Assembly: GCA_965224085.1 (NCBI GenBank)
Contig: CBDCYI010000011.1
Span: 1,056,001 to 1,120,000, forward strand
Direction of reading: 5' to 3'
DNA from: Candidatus Marinacidobacterales bacterium
GTDB taxonomy: Bacteria; Acidobacteriota; Vicinamibacteria; Marinacidobacterales; SMYC01
Length of the DNA stretch: 64,000 nucleotides
In this document: positions 18,841 to 29,200 of the stretch, piece after piece
Layout: the number at the start of each line of letters is the position of its first letter
How positions within the stretch are numbered: position 1 is the stretch's first letter
Position numbers and translations under genes: made by a program
The notes under the pieces: generated by a model
Told to the model about the DNA's origin: nothing
The model's database searches: none
What the model saw: only the letters and a program-made list of their open reading frames with translations

Positions 18841-19017
18841 CCGGCGACGGGGTCGTCGCTTTGGGGCGGCATCATGTTGTAGTCGTTGTAGCCGCCCATA
18901 TCGCACGGGGAATGTTTCCATCCCACGACCTCGGCGTAGAAGTCGCGAATGACGTCGGCGTTCTCGACGGTGAGATCTTTCCAAACGATGGTGCCTGCCG
19001 GTTGGTCTTGACTCCAT
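18834..19017 (-). pseudogene. N-terminal half of a VOC/glyoxalase family gene
   Basis: GTIVWKDLTVENADVIRDFYAEVVGW...DYNM...PVAGI, then truncated; an extra G after the ATG shifts the start out of frame. Confidence 0.75.
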
Positions 19018-19024
19018 AGCTTCC

Positions 19025-19553
19025 TCACGATTCAAATCTTTTCTTGGCTCGTTGGCTCAACTTGGGGAACAAAGTGTCGACGGTCTCCGTGTTCCACGGT
19101 TCGCCTTCGGGCTCGACAAGAGTTTCGGGTGTCTCGAGCGGATCGGGAATCGGCACCGTTCTTCCCGGTCTTTTGCTCGAGGGTATATATGGGTAGATAC
19201 AGGAATTCTTCGAACTCGGCAAACCATTCCGAGTCCAGAGGAACGAGGTCGGTCAGTGTTTCGGGGTTGTGGAGCGCGCCTTCATAAACGCTGCGGCCGC
19301 GGGAGACGAGCCATCCACGAAAGTACTCGAATCCGTCCTCGGAGGCGCTGCGGTTGATAATGTACGCCGCAGCCCAGAGATCCCAGCGAAAGGCGCTTCG
19401 CACGATGTCGTCGAGCCGATCGCGAAAGCCTTCGATCGCGTTCGGCGGCAGCTCCATGAGCGAGTTCTCGAGCCCTCTCAGAAACGCCTCGTCGTCGTCA
19501 TAGGCGTCGGCGCGCGCCTCGTCGACGATCTTCCAGAACGTTTCTTCGGTCAT
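19025..19553 (-). pseudogene. DUF4240 domain protein, frameshifted near the C-terminus
   Basis: MTEETFWKIVDEAR...DLWAAAYII...SEDGFEYFRGWLV; the C-terminal FPKL segment lies in another frame. Confidence 0.75.
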
Positions 19554-19571
19554 TTTACTGCTTAGGGCTCT

Positions 19572-19621
19572 CTCTCTCCTCGTTCGCTCGCCCGGCCTTT
19601 CGTCGGCGCACTCGCGCCGGG
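19572..19621. repeat. REP-like interspersed element, copy B
   Basis: CTCTCTC-CTCGTTCGCTCGC-N8-TCGTCGGCGCACTCGCGCCGGG, followed by GAGCGAAGCGAG, which can pair with the 5' arm. Confidence 0.55.
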
Positions 19622-19643
19622 GGAGCGAAGCGAGCAGCACGTG

Positions 19644-20647
19644 CTAAACATCCAGCTTGAACACCTTCTTCGCGTTCTCGGCGTAGATCTTGTTTCGATC
19701 GTCGTCGCTCAGAAAATCGATACCGTCGATGAGCGGCTTGATGTTATCGAGCCAACCACCTGTCTCGGGGTCTTTCGAGCTCCCGATACCCGGCTTCTCC
19801 GTCCCAAAGAGGCACCGATCCGGGCCCACGACTTTGAAGAGAAGCTCGAGCGATTCCTTGCTGTAGAGGCAGGTATCGAAGTAGAGCTTTCTCAGATACT
19901 CGTCGAACGCCGGCTTCTTGCGCCGAATCCACATCGAACGGTAGCGGCCTTTCTGATACGCGATGGCGCCGCCCCCGTGGGAGATGATGAGCTTCAAGTC
20001 GGGAAACTCTTCGAAGACATTCGAGCTCAATAGCGACACGATCGCGATGTTCTCCTCGTTCAGAAAATGGAGCGAATAGGGCTCGCGCATCGACCGGCAT
20101 CCCGCGAGTGTACGAGCGCGGGGACGTCGAGCTCGACGAGCTTTTAGTAGAGCGGATACCAGTACTCCTCCCCGAGTCCGGGTGGGGGAGGGCCTTCGCC
20201 CTCAGTCGGGTCGGGGTTGAGCAAGCAGCCGACGAAACCGTGTTCTTTCACGCAGCGTTCGAGCTCATCGAGCGAGCTCTTCGGAGCAACCCCGATATTT
20301 TGCGGTAAGCCGCACACGCCTCGGAACGTTTCGGGATAGAGCTCGCACTCCCTGGCGATGATGTTGTTCGTTTCTTCGATGAACCAGCGGACGAACTTTT
20401 CGGGCTTCTCGCTATGCATCATCGTATAGGGGCGCGGGGAGATGAGTTGCATGTCGGTCCCCACTTCTTGGAGCTGCTCGAGGTGCGAGCCTCCGCCGAA
20501 TACCGGCGACTCGAGTGTCTGTTTCAGAAGTGCGTCCGACACTTTGACAGCGCCTCGGCCATGAGCGCCACGGTGGGCGAGGATTCCGGCCTTGTAGGCA
20601 TAGAGCTCTTGTGGCGCGGTCACATGCGCATGGATATCGATGATCAT
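19644..20647 (-). pseudogene. ligY: LigY-like meta-cleavage compound hydrolase (amidohydrolase_2), nonsense codon plus frameshift
   Basis: MIIDIHAHVTAPQELYAYKAGILAHRGAHGRG, GTDMQLISPRP, LLNPDP, YWYPLY*KL (TAA at 20144-20146), PYSLHFLNEE and SHGGGAI closely follow Sphingobium LigY as recalled. Confidence 0.8.
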
Positions 20648-20754
20648 TCGAGGCTTCTCCTTGTGGGGCGCGAAGCATAACCCATTGCAAAAGCGCACGG
20701 CCAGTCATTAAGATTAAGATGGCGCCGGGGACGCACGGGGGGCAGTCCCGAGAA

Positions 20755-21774
20755 ATGCAGAAACTCGATATCTTCAACCACATTTTCCCGAAACCGTTCT
20801 ACGAGCTGATGATGAAGATTGCGCCGGGTCACGAGGATATGGGCAAAAGGGTCCGCGGCGTTCCGATGCTCTGCGACCTCGATGAGCGGTTTCGCGTCAT
20901 GGATCGCTTCGAGGACTATCAACAGATCCTCTGTCTCTCGTCGCCTCCGATCGAAGCGCTCGGCGAACCCGAGGTCGCTCGGGAGCTCGCCAAGGCGGCG
21001 AATGACGGTATGGCGGAGCTCGTCGGCAAATACCCGGATCGGTTTCCGGGATTCGTTGCCTCGCTCCCGATGAATGCGCCTTATGCCTTGCTCGAGGAAG
21101 CCCGCCGCGTGGTGGATGAGCTCGGCGCGCGCGGTGTTCAGGTATACACGAACGTGAACGGAAAGCCTCTCGATGCTCCGGAGAGCCTTCCTCTCTTCGA
21201 CTTGATGGCGGGCTACGATCGGCCGATTTGGATCCACCCAGCCAGACGAGCGAGCCACGCGGACTACCCGACCGAGAAAAAATCAAAATACGAGATTTGG
21301 TGGACGTTCGGCTGGCCGTACGAGACGAGCGCCGCGATGGCGCATATCGTGTTCGCGGGCCTCTTCGACAAACACCCAAACCTCAAGATCATCACCCATC
21401 ACATGGGCGGGATGGTGCCTTACTTCGAAGGACGGGTGGGCCCGGGCTGGGACCAGCTCGGAAGCCGCACTTCCGACGAAGACCTGACGGCTCTTCTCGA
21501 AAAGCTCGAGAAGCGGCCGCTCGACTACTTCAAGATGTTCTATGCCGACACCGCGACCTTCGGCGCCCGGGCGGCGACGGAATGCGGGTTGAGCTTCTTC
21601 GGTCCGGAGCACGTTTTGTTCGCTTCGGACTCACCGTTCGACCCGGAGAAAGGCCCGATGTACATCCGGGAAACGATCAAGATCGTCGATGGTCTCGATA
21701 TTTCCGACCACGTTCGGGCCGATATCTACCGCAACAACGCGCTGAAGTTGCTGCGGCTCAACGGCGCTGACTGA
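20755..21774 (+). CDS. Amidohydrolase_2 family protein (ACMSD/aromatic decarboxylase-like)
   Basis: DIFNH, PIWIHP, FGWPYET, IITHHMGG, VLFASDSPF. Confidence 0.85.
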   Translation: MQKLDIFNHIFPKPFYELMMKIAPGHEDMGKRVRGVPMLCDLDERFRVMDRFEDYQQILCLSSPPIEALGEPEVARELAKAANDGMAELVGKYPDRFPGFVASLPMNAPYALLEEARRVVDELGARGVQVYTNVNGKPLDAPESLPLFDLMAGYDRPIWIHPARRASHADYPTEKKSKYEIWWTFGWPYETSAAMAHIVFAGLFDKHPNLKIITHHMGGMVPYFEGRVGPGWDQLGSRTSDEDLTALLEKLEKRPLDYFKMFYADTATFGARAATECGLSFFGPEHVLFASDSPFDPEKGPMYIRETIKIVDGLDISDHVRADIYRNNALKLLRLNGAD

Positions 21775-21784
21775 CGACTTCTAT

Positions 21785-22678
21785 CTAATTCGAGGAGGCC
21801 GCCGCGATAGCCGGCTTCAAAACCTCGCGGGCAAATTGGACGAGGCCGGTTGGAGTCGTTGTCTCGGGCGTTCTCGGCTGCTCGGGGGCGATGCGCCCCT
21901 CTTTCATCGCGAGCAACATTTCCATATAGAGGTCGACGACGAAATCAGGAAGGCCGGCTTGCGCCAGGGCTTCACGCGATTGCTCGATCGAGACTTCGAC
22001 ATATTCCACAGGCTTGTCGATGCCTTTGGCGATGAGACTCGCGGACGCGACCCCGGTCAGGTCTCTCGGCCCGCGCAGTTCATGTACCTTCTGCCCCGTC
22101 CAATCGGCGCCGAGCAGATACGTCGCCGCAACATCGGCGATGTCGCAGGTCGCGATCGTTGACATCGCTGCGTTTCGCGGAAGCGGCGAGTAGATGGTGC
22201 CCGCGCTCGCGATCGTGGGAACGTCGGCAAGGTGATTCTCCATGAACGATCCGGGTCGCAAGTGCACCACGTTGGGAGCGGCTTCGCTCAAAAAGCTCTC
22301 GACCTCTCCCAGAAAAGCAATCGGCCCGGTCTTCGGCCCGGCGTGAGCGCCGATGCTGGACACGTTGACGACGTGCTCGACGCGTGCGTCATGAAGCGCA
22401 GTGGCGGCTTTCGACGCGGTGTCGCGTACCCACGTTTGGTAGTCCGGACGATAGGCGGGCGGCGTGAGCCAGAAGACGGCTTCTGCTCCTTCGAAAGCTC
22501 GTGTCAACAGCTCTTCGTCGTCGCACGAGCCGACGATCAAGCTCGCACCCCGGGCCGTGAGGTCGCTTACTGTGTCAGGATTGCGAGTGATGATATCGAC
22601 AGCCATCTCCGAATCGAGTAAGCGCGTTACGACCCGGCGCCCGATATGGCTGTTGGGTGTATTGATCACGATCGTCAT
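21785..22678 (-). CDS. NmrA family NAD(P)-binding protein
   Basis: N-terminal Rossmann-like strand, VVNVSSIGA, HLRPGSFMEN, DIADVAA; ATGA-coupled to the DUF3179 gene. Confidence 0.82.
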   Translation of the reverse strand: MTIVINTPNSHIGRRVVTRLLDSEMAVDIITRNPDTVSDLTARGASLIVGSCDDEELLTRAFEGAEAVFWLTPPAYRPDYQTWVRDTASKAATALHDARVEHVVNVSSIGAHAGPKTGPIAFLGEVESFLSEAAPNVVHLRPGSFMENHLADVPTIASAGTIYSPLPRNAAMSTIATCDIADVAATYLLGADWTGQKVHELRGPRDLTGVASASLIAKGIDKPVEYVEVSIEQSREALAQAGLPDFVVDLYMEMLLAMKEGRIAPEQPRTPETTTPTGLVQFAREVLKPAIAAASSN

Positions 22679-24072
22679 GGCAGCTCCTGCCTTTCGTAGA
22701 TTTCGGTCGATGGGTAAAAAGCGTACCACCCGAACCAGAACGCGTCATGGCCGGCAATGCGCTCGAGCACGGACCCATCTTCGGACTCGAGACGGTCCTC
22801 GTGGACCATCCACCGGATTCCCGGCGGCTCTTCGGAGAGCTCGCTATCGCTCACGAGAATGAACTGCCGGGCCTTGGTTTTATAGGCGCGCACCGCGCCG
22901 GACTGCGCGTTGGTCAAAAGCACGATGTCCACGCCCCCTAAGGTGTCATGCGTGATGCGCTCTTCCTGCAGTAGATCCACCGGATAGGCTTTCGGCCGCC
23001 CGCCCAAAACCAGTGTGAAGACCCGTTGCTTGGTCGCGAGCGCCTCGCTCCGAAGCCATACCGGGAACATCGTCTTATCGGAGGCAAAATAACCCTCGTA
23101 CGGGCTCACTTCGTAGTCGCGCGCAAAGCCCGTGTTCTTGCGGTCGAGGACGAGTGTCTCCGGGTGGCGTTTCTTCCACTCACCCCACGTGCTGACGACG
23201 AGCGGTGCGAGCTCGAGCTTGATCCCCGATTCCGCGAGACGGCCGGCGACGGGCTCTCCCGTCAAGTTGTTCCACAAGCTGTTCGTCGGCCGGTCATACA
23301 TGAGCTTGTTGGAGCGATAGAGGAGCCCGGACGAGCCGAACGTGAACGGTTTCTTGCCCTCGCGAGAAGGGTGTGCGCCGCGGTAGAGCACCCCCGAGCC
23401 GCAAAGCGTGCAGTAGGAGAGCGAGACCGGCTCGCCGCCGATCACGTCGTTACACATCTCGTGCGGATCCATGATGATGTGCGGATAGGCTTTCGCGACC
23501 CCGTTCAAAAAGACGCCGAAGACGCGGTCGTCCTCGTCGAGATAGTCTTGTTCTCCGGCGGCGATGAACCCCGGTTGGTCGAGTGCGGGGATGCCGTCTT
23601 TCACAACGCCGCCCCACTCGATCTCTTCGGGCCGGATCCGAAACCTGAAGCGCGGGTTCAAATAGCCCCGAAACGCGGGGTCATAGTTCTCGAAAACCCA
23701 GCGCTTGAACGCGAGGTAGCCGCTTTTAGGCGCGATTTCCTCGTGACGCCCAATCCACTCGACCCAGCCGTCGCGCGGATTGTCACCGATTTCTTCGCCG
23801 GTGATCGACTCTATCAGCGTCGAAAGCTCGAGCGCAGCCCCTGGATTTCGGGTGACGATATAGAGGTATAAAACGTCGTTGATGCCGGCGATGAGCGATA
23901 GGTCACCGCTTTGCTGAACGGCGGCTATCGCTGTCGCGCGCACGTCCTTGTCGGATGTAAGAAGTCCCTTGACGTCGTCCCAGCCGACCTCGGTTTGGCC
24001 GAGGGAAACCACGGCAGCCATGAGCCAAACGCCCGCAAGCCCCATTTTCACATCCCGGAGAGTGTCCAACAT
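22675..24072 (-). CDS. DUF3179 domain protein, exported
   Basis: WGGVVKDGIPALD, KAYP, SYCTLCGSG, FGSSGLLYRSNKLMYD, FWFGWYAFYP. Confidence 0.88.
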   Translation of the reverse strand: MLDTLRDVKMGLAGVWLMAAVVSLGQTEVGWDDVKGLLTSDKDVRATAIAAVQQSGDLSLIAGINDVLYLYIVTRNPGAALELSTLIESITGEEIGDNPRDGWVEWIGRHEEIAPKSGYLAFKRWVFENYDPAFRGYLNPRFRFRIRPEEIEWGGVVKDGIPALDQPGFIAAGEQDYLDEDDRVFGVFLNGVAKAYPHIIMDPHEMCNDVIGGEPVSLSYCTLCGSGVLYRGAHPSREGKKPFTFGSSGLLYRSNKLMYDRPTNSLWNNLTGEPVAGRLAESGIKLELAPLVVSTWGEWKKRHPETLVLDRKNTGFARDYEVSPYEGYFASDKTMFPVWLRSEALATKQRVFTLVLGGRPKAYPVDLLQEERITHDTLGGVDIVLLTNAQSGAVRAYKTKARQFILVSDSELSEEPPGIRWMVHEDRLESEDGSVLERIAGHDAFWFGWYAFYPSTEIYERQELP

Positions 24073-24127
24073 ACCACGAAAGTAGGGCGCTTCTGCTAGG
24101 ATCGGCGCTCGAAACGGGAGGCTAGGA

Positions 24128-25762
24128 ATGGATACAAGGGTGTGGGCTGGCTTACTCTTTCTTCTCGCCGTCGTCCCGACGGGATGTGTGCCGCCGAGCG
24201 AAGATGAGGAGACCCAAACGGTCGGTTTCAGCGGGGAAAACCTCATGACGCATATCGAAACACTCTCCTCCGATGCGTTCGGCGGCCGGGCGCCCGGCTC
24301 TGACGGGGAAGAAAAGACGGTAGCCTATCTGCGCGACCGTTTTAACGTCCACGGCCTCGCGCCAGGCAACCCTGACGGGACGTTCGTTCAAAACGTCCCG
24401 CTCGTCGGGATCACCTCCGAAAGCCGTGTATCGCTGGTGCGGGACGGCGGGGAGGATGAGCTCACGGGGGGCGTCGGCTATGTGGCGTGGACGAAACGTG
24501 TCGTCGAAGAAGTCTCTCTCGATGAGGAGCTCGTCTTCGTAGGCTATGGCGCCGTCGCTCCTGAATATGACTGGGATGACTACAAAGATGTGGACGTCCG
24601 CGGCAAGGTGCTCGTCATGCTCGTCAACGATACACCTGTCGAAGGTATTTTCGGCGACGAAGCGATGACGTATTACGGACGCTGGACGTACAAGTACGAG
24701 ATCGCTGCCGAGAAGGGCGCCGCCGGCGCGTTCGTCGTGCACGAGACCGTACCCGCCGGTTATCCGTGGGAAGTTGTCGCGGGAAGCTGGACGGGCGAGC
24801 AGTTCGATCTCGAGACCGAAGACAAGAACGTGCGCCGCGTCGCCGTCGAAGGCTGGTTCTCTCTGGAAGTGGCGGAATCGCTTTTCGAGAAAGCCGGTTT
24901 GGACTTCGACGCTCAGAAGCAAGCCGCCGCGGACCGCGCGTTTCGTCCCGTGGCGCTCGGCGCTCGGGTGAAGGCGACGATCGAGAACACGATGCGCAAC
25001 GTCGACTCAGCCAACGTCGTTGCGCGGCTCGAAGGCAGCGAGGTCCCCGACGAAATCGTCCTGTACGTCGCGCATTGGGACCATCTCGGAACGATCGAGT
25101 CCATGGAAGGCGACAACATCTTCAATGGCGCCTACGACAATGCGACCGGCGTCGCGGGCCTTTTGGAGCTCGCGCGCGTTCTCGGCGAGCTCGACCCTGC
25201 GCCCAGGCGAAGTGTCGTCTTCGTTGCGGTGACCGCGGAAGAGCAAGGCCTGCTCGGCTCACGCTACTACGCGGAGCAGCCGCTCTATCCCGCTGAAAAA
25301 ACGGTGGCGGCCATCAACATGGACGGGCTCAACATCTGGGGCCGGACGAGCGACATCACCGTCGTGGGGCTCGGTCAATCCGAGCTCGACGATCTCGCTC
25401 GTGAGGTCGCGACCGGGCAGGGCCGCATCGTGCGTCCGGATCCCGAGCCCGAGAAAGGCTTCTACTACCGATCGGATCATTTCGAGCTTGCGAAAGTCGG
25501 CATCCCGTCTTTCTACGCCGATGTCGGCATCAGCTTCGAAGGTAAACCCGAGGGCTGGGGGGAAGAACAACGCGCCATCTACACAGCCGAGGACTATCAC
25601 AAACCGTCCGACGAGATTAAGGACTGGTACGCGTTGTCCGGCATGATTCAAGACCTCGAGCTCTTTTTCGAGATGGGCAAAAGGCTTGCGGGGGGCGACG
25701 GCTGGCCTGAGTGGAGCGATACGAGCGAGTTTCGCGCGCGCCGCGAAGCGTCGAGAGAGTAG
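24128..25762 (+). CDS. M28 family metallopeptidase with PA domain (lipoprotein)
   Basis: LSSDAFGGRAPG, YYGRWTYK, AHWDHLG, GAYDNATG, TAEEQGLLGS, RSDHF, YHKPSD. Confidence 0.93.
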   Translation: MDTRVWAGLLFLLAVVPTGCVPPSEDEETQTVGFSGENLMTHIETLSSDAFGGRAPGSDGEEKTVAYLRDRFNVHGLAPGNPDGTFVQNVPLVGITSESRVSLVRDGGEDELTGGVGYVAWTKRVVEEVSLDEELVFVGYGAVAPEYDWDDYKDVDVRGKVLVMLVNDTPVEGIFGDEAMTYYGRWTYKYEIAAEKGAAGAFVVHETVPAGYPWEVVAGSWTGEQFDLETEDKNVRRVAVEGWFSLEVAESLFEKAGLDFDAQKQAAADRAFRPVALGARVKATIENTMRNVDSANVVARLEGSEVPDEIVLYVAHWDHLGTIESMEGDNIFNGAYDNATGVAGLLELARVLGELDPAPRRSVVFVAVTAEEQGLLGSRYYAEQPLYPAEKTVAAINMDGLNIWGRTSDITVVGLGQSELDDLAREVATGQGRIVRPDPEPEKGFYYRSDHFELAKVGIPSFYADVGISFEGKPEGWGEEQRAIYTAEDYHKPSDEIKDWYALSGMIQDLELFFEMGKRLAGGDGWPEWSDTSEFRARREASRE

Positions 25763-25771
25763 ACCGATGTA

Positions 25772-26241
25772 GTGGCGGTGTTGTGCGCTATGACGCCTGA
25801 CGACTATCTTCACGCGGAGGAACGAGGCCAAATCCCGATCGTGAAGCCGCCTTACGGCCGCATTACTGCCATCGACATGAATCGCGGCGAGCACGTGTGG
25901 ATGGCGGCCAACGGCGACGGGCCGCGCAATCATCCGCTGCTCGAAGGACTCGACGCACCCGCGCTCGGGATTGCGGGCCGCGCCGCGCCGCTCGTGACGA
26001 AAACGCTTCTCTTCATTGGAGAGGGCAGCGACTAGATCCCAGGTATTCGAGGCCGTGAGGGGCGCTGGGGTAAGAACTTTCGTGCCTATGACACGCTGAC
26101 GGGCGAGGTCCTTTGGAAGTTCGAGCTCGACGCTGGAACTACCGGCGCCCCCATCACCTATCTGTTCGAGGGCACGCAATATATTCTGGTTGCAATTGTA
26201 GGGAAGGACCACCTGCCGAGTGGGTGGCTCTCAGCTTGTAG
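25772..26241 (+). pseudogene. C-terminal remnant of a PQQ-dependent (glucose-type) dehydrogenase
   Basis: KPPYGRITAIDMNRGEHVW...LVTKTLLF, in-frame TAG at 26033, then FRAYDTLTGEVLW...GAPITY. Confidence 0.8.
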
Positions 26242-26245
26242 AGCC

Positions 26246-29200
26246 TTACCCTGAGGGGTCGTCGAGGCCTCTAACGAGCGGCGATCGTTCGAAAATCTTG
26301 CGCCGTTGCGCATCCTCGATGTCTGCTGCGATCGAATCGGTCATTTTCTTCGCGCTTTTGTAGAGTTCGTGCGCCTCGCGCTCCTTCGCATTCGCGGCGT
26401 ACCACTCGGCGAGAGTGCACGCGACAGGGTACAGGATTGTCGGACTCGCCGTTTTCTCGGCGATTTCGTAGGCGCGCTCGAAATCTACGCCCGCCGCTGC
26501 AGCGTCTCCTTGTTCGGCGGCGATTCGGCCCCGCAGCGTCAGAGCGTGCACGAGATATTTCTGCGACGAGGTCGCCTCGGCTTTCTCCAAGCCCAAAGTA
26601 TTCAAACGGAGAGCTTCTTCGTTCCGCCCAGAGGCATGGTGGACTTCTGCGAGAAGATTGATCGAGCGCACCATCCAGCGCCATCGATGGGAGCCGATAC
26701 CTTCTTTTTCCACCCTCTCGAGCGTCGGCTCGAGATAAGTCCGCGCCCGGTCGAGTTGTTTGAGCATGAGGTAGTCGTGGCCGAGGTCGATGAGGGCGCT
26801 GATCTCGACGTTGAAGACACCGGCCTGTCTCGCGAGCTCGAGCCCTTCCTCGTGAAGCTCGACAGCGCCGTAGAAATCGCCGAGATCCCGGTGAAACCAT
26901 CCCAGGCTATTGGTGAGGCGTCCTTGGATGAAGCGATTCTCCTGCTGCTTCGCTTTCGTGAGCCCGGTCTGCACCGTATCGAAGGCCGCCGCGTAATCTC
27001 CAACTCCCCAGGTGGACAGACAGCCGACGGCGAGGTTGAAGAGCTCTTGAAAGCTGTCGCGAATCTCGCTCGAAACGTCGACGCCCTCGTGTGCGATCTT
27101 CTTCGATTTGGAAAAGTCCGCCTGCCAATAGGCTTGCTGGCCCAGATGAAAAAGATTCTGCACCAAAGCACTCTTGAAACCTTCCTTTCGGCAGATGCGT
27201 GTGGACTCTTCGAGCTTTTGCACAGCCTCAGGAAGCTCGCCGCGTCTCGTGGACGATACCCAGGATCGTCAGGCTTCTCGAAAGAATATTCTGATTGCCG
27301 TCGCTTTCTATGAGCGCGAGAGCCTCATGGGCGTATTGCTCCATGAAAGGGATTTCGTCATCGCCCATCTTCAGAAAATGAGCATAGGCGAGGTGCGACA
27401 GACTTTCGGCTTCCATCTTGACGTCACCGGCCGCTTTGGCGACACGCCGCATTTCTTGAAAGTCCGCGAGCGCATCGTCGAATCGCGTAAGCGACATCGA
27501 GACGAGACCGCGGCCTTCGAAGACCGACAGGAGCCGGGGGTCATCTGGTGCCGGTGCCACTTCGCGGCTAGCGTCAGCGTCAATCGCCTGGGTATAGAAC
27601 CGAATCGCCTCGTGGGTGGCGTAGGCCCAGCGTGCTTTGTCCGCCGAACGTAAAAGATAGTGAAACGCTTTATCCGGCAGTCCCGCCTCTTGAAAATGAT
27701 GCGCGAGTTGCACGGCGGCGTCGTCGGCTTGCTCGCCCATCAGCTCTTCGAGGGTGGTGCCGATCGCCTCGTGCAGATAGGAGCGTTCAACGCGGTCGAG
27801 GCTTTGGAAGAGGTACCTTTGAAACAGGATGTGCCGGAAACGATACACCGATAGTCGCCGTGCTCCCGAACGCCGCACGTCGAGCGCGCGCACGAGGTGG
27901 TAACGCTTGTCGGCTTCCTCGCTCAAGAGTCGGATCATCGCGCGCTCGTCGATGTTCTCGATGCGCGCGATGACTTCCGCGGTGAGGTCACCACCTGACA
28001 CGCTCGCCACTGTCAAGACTCTTTGAAGCTTTTCGGGAAGGCGGCCGATGCGGTCGGCGATGACCGCCTCGGTACGGACGGGCAACTTGTCCCAGTCGAG
28101 CGCCTGCGACGCGACGTAGCGTCCGTCCGCGTCTTGCACGAGCACGTCGCGCTCACGCAAAGTCGCGAAGAAGCTCCACCGTGAATAACGGGTGGCCTTT
28201 CGTCTGTCGGTAGAGCGCCTCGCGAAAGACATCGTCGAGGCGATTGGGCTGCGCATCGATCAAGGCGTCGACGAATTCCCGACCGCGCGCTTCTCCCATG
28301 CGGAGCTCGAACTCCCCATATTTTCTGCGAAGCTCATGGCGAGCCGCTTCGAGCGGATGTCGTTCGTCCCCTTCGTGGGTGAGGTCCTCCGGGCGATAGC
28401 TCCCCGCGATCATCACGGGAAACCCGCCGAGTTGCTGACACAGATGGCACAGCAAAGCGATCGTCCCGGCATCAGCCCAATGCAGATCTTCGAAGACGAG
28501 GAGCAACGGCCGGCGGCGGGAGAGACCTTGGATGAATTTGGCGCACTGCTCGAGCAAGATGCTTTGTTGCACGCCCGTTGCGACTTCTTGTGAGGCTTTT
28601 TGTGCCGCGCGCTCTCGCAGCTGCTCTCGGTCTGCCGCGGGGCAGCCATATTGCTCGGCGCGCTCGAGCAAGCCGCTTGCGTCGACGAAGGTTTCAATGA
28701 GGTCGGGACCGACTTTGAGAAGCGTCGCGAGGGCGTGCGGCAGGAGATGCCAGAGGCAAAGTGCCTCGCCGCGGCCCATAGCTCGCGCTTCACGTCGCGC
28801 TTCCACATCGCCCGTCAAAAGATGCGCGATCTCGCGGAAGGGGAGGTAGGGGTCGCCCGCCCCCGTTTGAGCATTGCAGTGGCCGACCGCGGTAACGAGC
28901 CCGTCGTGATCCTCATGGGCGCGCCGGATGAACTCGTTGAAAAGAGTCGTCTTGCCGCTTCCCGGCTCGCCGGTCACGAAAACGAGTTGTCCCGCGCCGG
29001 TGAGCGCCTTTTGGAGTCTTTCGCGGAGCCAAGAATATTCGGTGTCACGACCGACGAAAAACGGCGCGGAGCGGCTCTCTCCTTCATCGCTCGGGGTATC
29101 GAGAAATTCTGGAGCTCTATCTCCCGTGAACGCAAAGGAGCTCTCCCCGTGCTTGTCGTGAGTGGCTCGCTTCGAGCCGCTTTCAATCGTTCGGCGACTT

